A DNA stretch of 63,703 bases, filler included, from Octopus bimaculoides (lineage: Eukaryota), in NCBI RefSeq assembly GCF_001194135.2. It is 4 parts of 4 records of this genome, joined end to end, with 100 filler letters (N's around TTAATTAATTAA, not from the genome) between each part and the next. Parts side by side here need not be neighbours in the genome. Positions count along the whole stretch, not along the records: positions 1 to 17,072 come from NC_069009.1; positions 17,173 to 42,791 come from NC_068988.1; 2 more parts are not named here. One strand, given 5' to 3'. Numbering within the stretch: position 1 is the first letter of the stretch; each line of letters opens with the position of its first letter. The translations under genes were made by a program, and so were the position numbers. The notes below the pieces were generated by a model. The model ran no database searches, was not told the DNA's origin, and was given only the letters and a program-made list of their open reading frames with translations. This document shows, one piece after another, positions 11,512 through 23,284 of the stretch.

Positions 11512-12472
11512 GTAAGTTCATCATTTCTATATAATATTTTACGCAACACGCGCGCGCGCCACATATTGTCCTTTCTATCCGTAATAGAACAACATCTACT
11601 CTGTCCAGTTCCACATTACCAGAAGGCCCTTTATCTCATCCTTCTGACACGTGGTTGTTCAATCTGGTCTTNNNNNNNNNNAATACTCCCGGATCCTACT
11701 ATTGCCGCTGTAATAAGGGTTATGAAATATTTAAGAATCGTTTTTGCGTGGGTAAGTTCATCATTTCTATATAATATTTTACGCAACACGCGCGCGCGCC
11801 ACATATTGTCCTTTCTATCCGTAATAGAACAACATCTACTCTGTCCAGTTCCACATTACCAGAAGGCCCTTTATCTCATCCTTCTGACACGTGGTTGTTC
11901 AATCTGGTCTTAAAGGGTTCTTCCTTTATACCCGCATTTTGTACCTTCTTAGACACCTTCAGATTATTGGAGACAGCCACTGTCACATATATAACTATTT
12001 CTCTATTGCTTTCATTATTACGAAAGCATGTGACATTACCTCAATATCAAAGCCTCTTTTTGTACTGGGTTTAGGCAGTTTACTTAAAGATTTTCTAGCC
12101 CTTATTTAACATCTGAGTGACGTAAACTCACAGCTTTATAAGGACGTGTGTAAATAGTGAAAGAAACAACTACACAATATAACATCAACTGGAAAGTTCT
12201 AGAGAAGTGCACAAACAGCTGAAAGTTAGTGGGAGCTTTAGACTCTGTATAACAGAGAAACGGATGATACTGAATGAATCGCTCATCCCAGACGCATACC
12301 GAGATAATAAGCATGATAATGTTCCATTTTAACATCATCAGAGCAATTTTAAAATTATACGGCTGGTTAGGTATCCCATAAATATAGGGAACGACTAATT
12401 TCTATCGTATATATTGTTGTTTTTTGTTATTTTTTTTTTACTTATGTTTGTTCTTTTCCTACTTATTTTCAG

Positions 12473-12705
12473 ACATCAACGAATGTAGGTGCAACAATGG
12501 TGGCTGTCCTTTCCCCTACAGATGTATTAACAGACCCGGACACCACTACTGTGATTGCCCCTTCGGGTTTGGAGTTAAAGGGAACATGTGTCACCTTTTG
12601 ATACCTCAAAAGAACTTGAACTTTACTCTCCCCAATAATCCAACTGTCATACCAAGAATGAAGCCACAAGTACATTCCACAACGTTGGCACCAAATAAAA
12701 GTTAA
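12473..12705 (+). CDS. Terminal coding exon: EGF module 6 plus Pro/Thr-rich C-terminal tail
   Basis: Long pyrimidine tract then ttttcag|AC. DINECRCNNGGCPFPYRCINRPGHHYCDCPFGFGVKGNMCHLLIPQKNLNFTLPNNPTVIPRMKPQVHSTTLAPNKS ends at TAA 12703-12705; AATAAA follows downstream. Confidence 0.92.
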
Positions 12706-12893
12706 ATCAGAGGCGAGGCAAGATGGTCATAAATGAAATGCCTACCATTTGTCTTTTTGATAATTCTCCTCAATCGTAGCTGTCATGGAATCTAAACGAC
12801 ATCTACAACAAAATTATTATCGACTATTACTATCTATCACACATTATGTATTGTAGTCCTCGATACACATAGTCTAAACCCTCACTAGCTGCT

Positions 12894-12899
12894 AATAAA
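12894..12899 (+). terminator. Candidate polyadenylation signal of the EGF gene (alternative AATAAA at 13225-13230)
   Basis: AATAAA about 190 nt after the stop codon. A second AATAAA at 13225 precedes an A-run. Confidence 0.4.
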
Positions 12900-12996
12900 A
12901 CAAGTACACCGACATACCCATAACATTGGAAATATAAACATCATCCAATATTAAACCGTTGACAGTGGAACATCTCTGCGGGGTAACCTCCATAAC

Positions 12997-13077
12997 AGGT
13001 CATCTTCTCTTTGGGTGACTTCCATATGACATAGGTCATCTTCTCTTTGGGTGACCTCCATATGACATAGGTCATCT
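12997..13077. repeat. 36-bp tandem repeat (about 2.3 copies)
   Basis: aggtcatcttctctttgggtgac(t/c)tccatatgacat begins at 12997, 13033 and (partially) 13069. Confidence 0.9.
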
Positions 13078-13304
13078 CTGTCTTATATGATGACCACATC
13101 AGGTAATCATTTCACCAGGTCACATGAGGATAATCCCATATTCACATTATGTCACCTATACACTATTTCATCTTTATATATATTTTGAGTTTATATCGTT
13201 GATTAATTTCATCAAATTAGTTAAATAAATGATAATTAAAAAAAAAAACATTGCGTTTGCTTCTCTCTGTCTCTTAATGTAGCACCTATGAAGAGTAACC
13301 CCTA

Positions 13305-13381
<77 letters not shown>

Positions 13382-14779
13382 TGTGTATGTGTGTATGTAT
13401 GTATACATACATAACTTTGTATATGTGTGTGTGTGTGTTTGTACAGAAATTAAATAATTGACAAAGGAAAAGCAATTATACAATGATCCTTAATTGGCTT
13501 ACAGCTGTATCTGCTTTGAGATGCATTGCTTTCACAGTTATGCATTTGTGTAAGCATGACTGATTAGAATTTAGGACTTGTTATCCCGTTTTGTGTGCAG
13601 AATGTGATTTCGCATCTTACATGGAGTATGGTCGTAGCATGGCTAATGATACACAGACATGCGAAGAGGTTGCAACATCTCCATCGTCTCTTCGCGGTCA
13701 GTATTTGTGGTCACTGTTTGTCAGATTTACAGTTTTCACAGCTTGAGTTTTGAAATGAAACATCGTCCTGAGCCAAACGTTCTGGATCGACAGCATCATC
13801 GAAGAAACTCTGGGTGTCGATGGCCTTACGGGCCAGGGGCTATAGATAATTTCAGAAATGCCTGGCCTGGCAGTGTTAACAGATATTATTGACTTTGGGG
13901 ATACACTTTACAGGCAGCTTGGCTTGTCAGCGATGCGAAAGGATGGATGGAGCCGTCATGCACGCACTTAATAATGCATGAATGCATGAGCATTGCTGAC
14001 TGGTAGAGGTAAGACATTGTCACTGCGTTTCGTTGGTCGAGAAGAATACTCTGCCAGTGGCTAAAGTGGAAAAGGTTACGTTTTAGGCTCCATTTCAAAA
14101 GGAAAGTAAGAATGAAAAAGGACATGGTGCCCCACTACCTTCTGGTGTGACATAGTTGAATGTGACTTGATGGCTTACGTTTGTAGGATTGGTAGAAGAG
14201 GTGAGAATAAGGTGTCATCAGAAGTAACTTTCGCAGTCGGAATGATCCTATATCTGTATGATTCCTTGTTTGCTCTTACGCCAAACTCCCTACACTTAGG
14301 TAACTTTGCTGTTACATTTTTGTTAATCGTTATTGTTTTTATTAGTCACATGTATTGTGTTGAGTCAACCGTTTTGCAATATCGGAACAAGCAATAATCA
14401 TAAGAAAAATTAGTGTGGCTTCAGTTCGATTCTCACAAGATCCCGAAATACATTCGGAGTCATTCGAGCGGTATGAGATCTTGGAATGGTCTTGCTGCGC
14501 AACAGCTCGCTTTCTTCTAACCAATCTCGAGTATTTTTGCCACACAATTTCATATATCTACTCCAGTATAACTTGGCATCTATGGTTCGAGTGGCCAGAA
14601 TTAACTCGTAGTGGATTATCTCCTGGTAATCCCATCAGACGCAAAGCATTATCTTATGTACGAAACGCCCATGTTTGGCGACGAGTTCCGGGAGTTGACC
14701 CTTGCTCAACCACACCTTATGAACGTTAGGGTGTCGAGAAAATGTCTCTCTTATTTTAATTAGTTGTTCCGAACACTCC

Positions 14780-14995
14780 CGCCGTTTGTGACGCTTCATC
14801 AGCCAAGAGGAGATGGAAGCTTCAGTGAAAGAATTCTTCGCCTGAAGGGCAAGAACTGGTATCAGCGTGGGGTCAAAGAATCGGCAGAATGGTGGCTGCA
14901 ATTGGTGCAACATCATGACATCTATTTTATGTGCTAGGCTGCTATTGTTGTAAGTTAATGAAAACATTGCAAAATGTTTGGCTCAACAGAATATA
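14780..14995 (+). mobile_element. mariner transposase C-terminal remnant
   Basis: With a frameshift reads RFISQEEMEASVKEFFA*..KNWYQRGVKESAEWWLQLVQHHDIYF, like the mariner tail F.s.ee...v.eFf.sk...wY.rGi..L.eRW..v....G.YF. Confidence 0.7.
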
Positions 14996-15224
14996 TATAA
15001 ACCACTGCTGCTCTTTGTGTTTCAATAAGGCAAATATTTCATTTGCATCTCTCGTGGGCAATAGTATTAAAGGAAGAGAGAAGGCAGAAAGGTTTGCGGA
15101 AAGACACCGATTCTCACTTCGGTCAAACGCTCATCGACTTTCTTCAATTTCCACTGGGGAAGGAAAGTGAGATTGGAGAAGAAGGTGCTCTCTCTCTCAC
15201 CCTCTCTGCCTCTCCCCGTCTGCT

Positions 15225-15360
15225 GTCTGTCTGTCTGTCTCTCTCTCATTGTCTCTCTCTCTCATTGTCTCTCTCTCTCTCATTGTCTCTCTCTCTCTCA
15301 TTGTCTCTCTCTCTCATTGTCTCTCTCTCTTTCTCTCATTGTCTCTCTCTGTGTCTCTCT
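15225..15360. repeat. Compound (CT)n with interspersed CATTG units
   Basis: About six ctcattgt(ct)n units. Confidence 0.9.
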
Positions 15361-16719
15361 GACTTACCTTATAGATTAGATGACAGCAGTTGGAGAAGGG
15401 CTTGTTTCCTCCGTAGTCTGGCTAATTCTGGATCTGCAGGAATCCTTGATTCTCGCTAGATGAAGACCCTTCTGTATCCACAGGACTACATCAGCAATGT
15501 GTTGACATATTTTCTACAGTCTTTAACATTTCCTCCCACTCTCTTCAACTTATCCCTTATGTAAACCCCAATACAACTTATACACCTATAACTCACACCT
15601 TCTATCACTAAGACAAACAAAACTAATTCTTGATCTGGTCTTTCATACTTGCATGCTGAATGACAGAGCTTTCATTCATCCCTGGGTAACTATAAGTTCA
15701 TTCCTGCTCAAGTTCTTTTATAACAGTTTCAACATCCAACATGATTGAATTTTATATTTTCTGGAAAAGTCGCTTTGGCACACCTATCAAAACCAAATCC
15801 CATCCTAAAAGTTATCTTTGAATGCTTTCACAGTATGTTACATGCCTTCAAGTTCACCATTTTCTTGCCCATAGAGTTTTAAATCATGAAGTTTTAAGTC
15901 CATATGAAACAGGTGGCTTATTTTCTTGTTAGGTTTCAGCCCATACCCTCTTCTGTTAAGTTCACTTGTAAGGTGTATTATAGCTTTGAAAATCGTGGAA
16001 GTGCAAGTGAGTCACTTTGGAAAATTCCACTGTTGTCGCTAATGTTGTTCGAAGCTAAAACACCATTAGAATAATATGATTGGAGATTCGTGTTACACAG
16101 TGTAATATTATGCTTCAGGATGTTTGAATTTACAAGAGAAATTTTGAAGATGTCCAGCGATTTAAGGATCCGTGAATGCATTATGCTCTCAAAAGTCTGT
16201 TGAAATCAAACCATGCGAAACAGATTTCTTCCCTTGGTAAAATAGTTTCCAAGCATCATGTGATGAATTAAGAGTTGATCTTTGTATCCGTATGAGCTTC
16301 GTCAGCACGCTCTAGAAAATAGTGTTCTCTTCCATAAATACAAACTTTCTCCAAGAAAATAGGTGTTAAAATTCTATAAGTTCTTGATAAAGAGGTTACG
16401 GGCGGATAGACCGTTTTGGTTTTGGCATGTGGTTTCATTGTTTGCGCGTAGGTAAGTAATTACACCTGTTAACTACTCAGAAGTTTTCTCAGGAGATCTC
16501 ACCGGCGAGTTGTCAAAATGGTTAGCACGCCGGATACAGATTTTTCTAGCATTTCCTCCGTAGTTCTACGTTCTAATTCTGCCGTTGTCCATTCAAACCT
16601 TTTACCCATCCAGAGTCAGTATAAAACTAATCAATGAAGCTCTGCAGTCGATATAAGCCTCTAAACTCCCTCACCAAATGTCAAACCTAATGCCTTTATT
16701 GGAAACGAATGTTATTATT

Positions 16720-17072
16720 ATTATCATTGAGTGAGAGAGCAGTGCATGCCATCAAAGTGACACTGGGGTAAAATATACGAAGCCCAATATACCCATCATA
16801 ACTACCCGTCTGATAAGGGCACACCAGGCACATGCATCACAACCATGTGTACGCGACATGGTGATCTCATATCAAGATAAACAGCGCATGACCTCGCAGG
16901 TGGGGCCCAGTTAGAATTTTCTTCAGGTCGAGTAGCCCATCCCGCTCAAAAGATCCCTGAATAAGGTTCGTTTAAGGATGCTGAGCAAAACACCCATGTT
17001 TCCAAAGGTGAATTATTCAAACCCCAAAGAATTCCTCTCAGCACATGGCTATGATGCTCCCCCGCTACTTCT
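16720..17072 (-). mobile_element. Family D retroposon-like repeat
   Basis: Reverse complement of about 4160-4515; truncated by a gap. Confidence 0.75.
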
Positions 17073-17116
17073 NNNNNNNNNNNNNNNNNNNNNNNNNNNN
17101 NNNNNNNNNNNNNNNN

Positions 17117-17128
17117 TTAATTAATTAA
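17117..17128. other. Assembly gap linker TTAATTAATTAA (also 42836-42847 and 62568-62579)
   Basis: Identical 44 N + 12 nt + 44 N = 100 nt layout at three places. Confidence 0.95.
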
Positions 17129-17403
17129 NNNNNNNNNNNNNNNNNNNNNNNNNNNNNNNNNNNNNNNNNNNNTATATATATATATATATATATATATATC
17201 TTTTTCTCTCAATATATATATATATATGTATGTATATGTATATATGTGTGTCTGTGTCTGTCTATTTATCTTTATCTATCTATCTATCTATCTGTCTGTC
17301 TGTCTATCTGTCTGTCACTCACATACACACACATACACTTCCATACACTAACACTCAGTGACACACACACACACATATCTACCTACTTGTCTATTTAACT
17401 ATC

Positions 17404-17442
<39 letters not shown>

Positions 17443-17839
17443 CTGTTATATATAATGTGTGTGTGTGTGTGTGTGTGCGTAATATACGCATACATACATA
17501 AATATATACATATATACACACACATAAGCACACGCATGCAAACACACACACTCATACACATTCACTAGCACTAATACACACATAGGACACACAGATGCAA
17601 CAACAGAGCAGACACAAATAATAGAAACACACACACACACACACATGCTCACTTGCATACACTAACGTACAGTGACAGACACACACATACATGCATTCAA
17701 CACTCACACACACACACACACACAGACTTGGATACACTTAAGCAAAGACGCTGTAATCCGATAATCTGTTTTGTTAATTCATTCTGCCATTCCAGACTCC
17801 TAGGGAATCAGTAAAGCTGACGGGGTTAAGTGAGCGCCA

Positions 17840-17870
17840 GTTACCATGGCGACGGCATCGATATGGCAAC
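17840..17870. promoter_or_regulatory. Candidate RFX X-box plus second half-site
   Basis: GTTACCATGGCGAC (17840-17853) and ATGGCAAC (17863-17870) in a short non-repetitive CpG-containing island. Confidence 0.3.
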
Positions 17871-18052
17871 ATCCGGGGGTAGACAGCTCGTTGAAGAAGG
17901 GAGTCTGTGGGGGCAGTTTTTGGCAAACCACCATTTGTGTGTGTGTGTGTGTGTGTGTGTGTTGTATGTACTTATAATTTTGTATGTACTTTTATGTATG
18001 TGTTTATACGTTTTGTGTGCGTATATAATTATGTATATATAATTTGTGTGTG

Positions 18053-18097
<45 letters not shown>

Positions 18098-18344
18098 TAA
18101 TACACGTAAACACAATCACACATATATAAATATATGCATATATACATGTGTGTGTAGGGGGTTGTTTGTATATATGTGCATGTATGTAAATGCGATATGA
18201 TATATAGATATATATATACCGTATTTTAACGTATAAGGAACCCTTTTTTGTCAAAAATTAAGTTAAGGGGAGTTTCTTATACATGGATATTATTATAATC
18301 CCTTACAAAACCTTTTTTTTCCAAATTCAAAGCCCCCCTAATTA

Positions 18345-18495
18345 CCGAGGGGGATAAAAATCAAACATCCACTCAACATCATGGGGTTTGGAGTGTTCAC
18401 TAGTGATGGCGACGTTATGCCTCCATTCATCTTCCCACACTGCCGCAGACCCAACACGGAGGCCTACATCAAGGGCCTGGAGGATGTAGTGGGTG
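18345..18495 (+). mobile_element. maT/Tc1-mariner transposase fragment
   Basis: IKIKHPLNIMGFGVFTSDGDVMPPFIFPH..NTEAYIKGLEDVV, paralogous to 37983-38258. Confidence 0.75.
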
Positions 18496-18990
18496 GGTAG
18501 TGAAACAGACCCAGAGCGTGTATTTGTCATTGGCTTAACGACCCTCCCGAGACACAACAAAATCTATTTCAACACACGATTTCTTATCAAGAATCTTGCA
18601 AACCAAATGCAAATACACTCGGGTTATTTTTATGAAAGTGTGGGGAAATAACTGAGAAACGCATTGCTTAACTAGCTGACAAGCAATAATAAAAGACGTG
18701 AAATACAACCAGTGCGTGTGTTTGTTATTGGCATTATGACCCTTCCCAGAGACAGCGAAATCTATTTCAACACACGGTTTCTTATTAAGATTCTTGCAGG
18801 CCAAATACGAAAACGAAATGTTCACCATTGTTTTTTATTGCGATTCCAATAATAGTGCTTCGTCTTTACATTATAAACTAACTCCTTCATAACAACAACA
18901 ACAACAACAACAATAAAAGTGATAATAAAAAATATTGGCATACATACATATATATACATATACATATATATATATATGTATGTATATATA

Positions 18991-19022
<32 letters not shown>

Positions 19023-19048
19023 TATATGTGTGTGTGTGTGTGTGTATG

Positions 19049-19084
<36 letters not shown>

Positions 19085-19399
19085 ATAGAAAGGTCGAGAG
19101 AGAATTCTGTCNNNNNNNNNNNNNNNNNNNNNNNNNNNNNNNNNNNNNNNNNNNNNNNNNNNNNNNNNNNNNNNNNNNNNNNNNNNNNNNNNNNNNNNNN
19201 NNNNNNNNNNNNNNNNNNNNNNNNNNNNNNNNNNNNNNNNNNNNNNNNNNNNNNNNNNNNNNNNNNNNNNNNNNNNNNNNNNNNNNNNNNNNNNNNNNNN
19301 NNNNNNNNNNNNNNNNNNNNNNNNNNNNNNNNNNNNNNNNNNGGGGTTTGTCTGGAATTGTTTTAAAAGTTTTTGGCCCGATGCTAACAGTCGGAATGT

Positions 19400-19870
19400 T
19401 TATTCTTGCTCGTTCTGTTGTTGTTGTTGTTGTTTCAGGTTATGGTGATGGTGGTGGTGGTGGTGGTGGTGGTGGTGGTGACAATGTTGGTGCTGGTGAT
19501 GTAGACTATGATGATGATGATGACGACGACGATAATGATGACAATGATGGTGGTAGTGGTGGTGGTGGTGGCGGCGGCGGTGGTTATGACGATGACAGTA
19601 ATTTTGATGATGACGATGATGATGACACATGGAGAGGAGGAGTATGTTAATGATGATGATGATGATGACGATCATAACAATGTTGATTTTAATGATGCTG
19701 ATGATAATACTGATGGTGATGTTGACGATGACGATGATGAAGTCGAGGATGTTGATTATGGCAATGATGATGATGATGATGATGATGGTGCTGGTGATGA
19801 TGATGATGATGATGATGACAATGATGGTGGTAGTGGTCGTGGTGATGATGGTGATGACGGCACTGGTGGT
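19400..19870. repeat. Compound (GGT)/(GAT)/(GAC) trinucleotide low-complexity tract
   Basis: Direct inspection. The overlapping ORFs are homopolymeric and have no splice support. Confidence 0.85.
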
Positions 19871-20229
19871 GAATTTTGAAAAAGATGGCAGCATCGTCGG
19901 TGCGCCGTCTCCTTCAGTATCTTCCTCTTCGTATTCTACGTTCTTCAGCCTCCACCATTCCTCTTCCCCCTCCTGCTCACGCTCCTCCATTCTCCTTTAC
20001 CCCCCCCCCCCACACACACACACCCGCCTCCTACCGTCTCTGCCAACTCACCATCTTCATTTGTCCAATTAATTAATTTTCAAAAATAACGGCATCATTT
20101 GGATCATCAAAAACTGATTCCCAGCATGCAATGCGAGGGTTCAACGGCTGAGGCGTTTCAAGGTAGGAATAAGAATTAATGTTTTGAAGACTGAGACATT
20201 GGTCCGCTTTAAAAAAAAAAATAGTCTCT

Positions 20230-20400
20230 CCACAGAACTCTGCAAGTTTGTAGAACACCATTCAAGTTTCTTCCCTCATTATGAAATTTCTGCGCCGTAA
20301 ATTCGTTGGTGGTCCCCAATTCAAACGCTTGGCTGACATTGCGAGCAATTTCCACCAGTTTGCTTTCCATTTTGAATACACACAATGAAAGGGTCAGGAT
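20230..20400 (-). mobile_element. mariner transposase N-terminal remnant
   Basis: Minus strand reads EIARNVSQAFELGTTNEFTAQKF, like mariner aRnin.afG.gt.nertv.rwF. Confidence 0.5.
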
Positions 20401-20855
20401 TTCAGGTTATTTTCCCTTCATCTTAAATCTGACAAGCGATTGATCTGAGACAGTGTGTTTAAAACGAAAGCAACTTCAGCGTGGAACACTTATATTAGTC
20501 ATTCAATAAAACACACAAAAACTGTTAACTTCACTTTATTATTCGTTATTTGGTGTCAACAGTTTTTCGTAGCGACAGACAGTGTGACGAAAATTTTGAC
20601 ACCAAATGATAAATGATTAACTGAAGTTTACAGAGGGAAACGGTGTGTGTGTTTTTTTTTGAATGGTTAAAAATCAGTCTTCCACGCTGTAATCGTTTTC
20701 ATTTGACAGCCTTAATATAAACAACAATAAACAATGGAAGGCAAACCATTACAGCGAACCAGCAAACCCGAAATTTGCGTTTCAAAATGGCATAAGATAG
20801 CATGGTATACATACATACATACATACATACATACATACATACATACATACATACG

Positions 20856-20921
<66 letters not shown>

Positions 20922-22154
20922 NNNNNNNNNNNNNNNNNNNNNNNNNNNNNNNNNNNNNNNNNNNNNNNNNNNNNNNNNNNNNNNNNNNNNNNNNNNNNNN
21001 NNNNNNNNNNNNNNNNNNNNNNNNNNNNNNNNNNNNNNNNNNNNNNNNNNNNNNNNNNNNNNNNNNNNNNNNNNNNNNNNNNNNNNNNNNNNNNNNNNNN
21101 NNNNNNNNNNNNCCAAGCCGTATCGGACCCTTTTTCTTTCCCTTGGACAACATCGGTGGCGTGGAGAGTGGATACTGATATGCATGGGTGATCGCTGGTC
21201 TTCCACAAACAACCTTGCCCGGACTTGTACCTCGGTGGGGAACTTCATAGATGTAATCCCATGGTCGTGACAGAAGGGGTCTTAACTCTCTCACTCTCCC
21301 TCTCTCGCTCTCTTCATATATATATATATATATATCGTTTAGACTAATAACTCGGTGTAGGACTCAATATAAGTGTAGGCATGCATTTATGCGTGTATGT
21401 ATATTTGTATAATTCAAGATTCTTTTACCAATAGAGAAAGAGCTGGTTTCTAACCCAGATCCAAGGTTCTTTCATTGGGATTTCAACATCAACAACAGGG
21501 TTTGTATATATGTATGTATATGCACGTGTATGTGTGCGTACGTATTTATGTATGTACGTATATATTACGTACATATGTACACACGTTTTCTGTGCATGCG
21601 TCTGCGTGTCTGCGTGTCTGCGTGTCTGCGTGTCTGCGTATACCTATGCTTTTGTATGGACATACAAACACACAGACAGACACACACAAACACACATGCA
21701 ATATGTGTACACACACACATATATACACACACATACACATATATATATATATATATACACACGTGCGTGTGTTTGTGCGTCAGTATTGCTGTCAGAAACC
21801 ATTTATATACAACAGCAATCATATATTTCCCACCAATCCTCATCCCTGCGACCTTCCGCGACCACCACCACCACCACCACCCTCGCCCCCTCCCCCATCA
21901 CCACCACCACCAACAACAACAACCACAACCCCCTCCACCACCATCACCATCACCACGACGTCGACTACCACAAGCACCACTAACACCACAAGCACAAGAA
22001 CAACCTGATTCACACCCAATCCAATCGTCAGAACAGTACCTACACCATGAACAAAGAAAATCATCAACTACAGACCATAGACACAAGCAATAAAAAAATA
22101 TTGAATCATATACATCAACACACAAATATTACCTTGACTACACCACAGTATCAA

Positions 22155-23240
22155 CTAGCATACCAAGACATAAAATTCCTCAAAACATAAAATACCTCCC
22201 TCTTTTCTTGGCAGATAAAGACGTTCTATATCTGCCTTAGGGTGGTGCATTCTATGCATTGTCAACAGTTTTCGTATTTTTCTGTCAACATTACATATTT
22301 CAGTAATTGACCAGTTTATGATATTGAAACTGTAAGTCACGACTGGTATGGCTAAAGCATTGATTGCTTCGATCCTGCTTTTTGCATTCAGCTCTGTCTT
22401 CAGTATTGCTCTCACCCTGCGATAACATTTTCTTCTTATCTTTTCCCTCATCACTGCATGCTTGATTCCATCCCCTTCAATTTGTAGCTCTCCGCTGGTT
22501 CTAACTCTTTTATGACATTCTGCTGGTCAAGGTTAACGTTAGATATTTCTGCCAATTTCCCTTTGATAAAGGTAGCTTTTGCACATTTATCGAGGCCAAA
22601 TTGCATCCTGATGTCATCAATGATTTGTTTAACAGTCGCTAGTAAGCCCTTGAGATGTTGGTTATTTTTTGCCAGTAGCTTTAAATCATCCATGTAAATG
22701 AGATTTATATTTTTATCAAAATTTTAAAACCGTACTGTGCATCATTGAGCAATTTTGAGAGAGGTACTAAGGCTAGACAAAAGAGGAGTGGTGATAGTGA
22801 GTCACCCTGGAAACTGCCACATGGAATTCTTACATCTCCAGTATTTAGAGATTCATTGTCACTGTTCAAAGTCAGTGTGGTTTTCCTCGATTTCATACTC
22901 ACAGACAAAAAGTTTCGCTGAGTAGGAGCTATTTTATACATTTCCAGGCATTTTTTAATCCAGCTATGTGGTAGGCTATCAAAAGTCTTTTTATAGTCTA
23001 TCCAGGCTATTGACAAGTTTTTGTGTCCTTTGTGACAATCTTCTAAGATCATCTTATTGATGAGTAGCTGATCTTTACAACCATAAGACCCACGTTTACA
23101 TCCATTTTGTTCATTAGAGAATATGCCACTTTCTATTTAAAAAACTATAGGTATATTCAGTCAAGACAGATGTTAGCGTTTTATACATTGTTGTTCAGCA
23201 GGTTATGGGTCAATAATTGTTTGGTTCATTTGTTTCTTAA
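22155..23240 (-). mobile_element. R4/Dong-like reverse transcriptase region, degenerate
   Basis: ORFs 22705..23052 ([31 protein letters not shown]), 22451..22693 (MDDLKL, FGLDKC) and 22155..22454 (ERLYLPRKEGG); broken by frameshifts. Confidence 0.9.
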
Positions 23241-23284
23241 TTTATTGTAAGTAGGAATGTTAAACCATTAACTAGCTAAGAGGG

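Noticed and set aside
15361-15500. Strong minus-strand donor AG|GTAAGT with a protein-like stretch (PELARLRRKQALLQLLSSNL*)
   Set aside because: All three frames contain stops nearby, the acceptor is weak, and no partner exons were found. An 8-mer donor match is expected by chance in 64 kb.
19508-19879. Asp/Gly-rich ORF suggesting an acidic biomineral protein
   Set aside because: Compound trinucleotide microsatellite with no splice signals or unique flanking coding sequence.
21530-22093. His/Pro/Thr-rich ORFs
   Set aside because: Translations of (CA)n and (CAC/CAA)n repeats.
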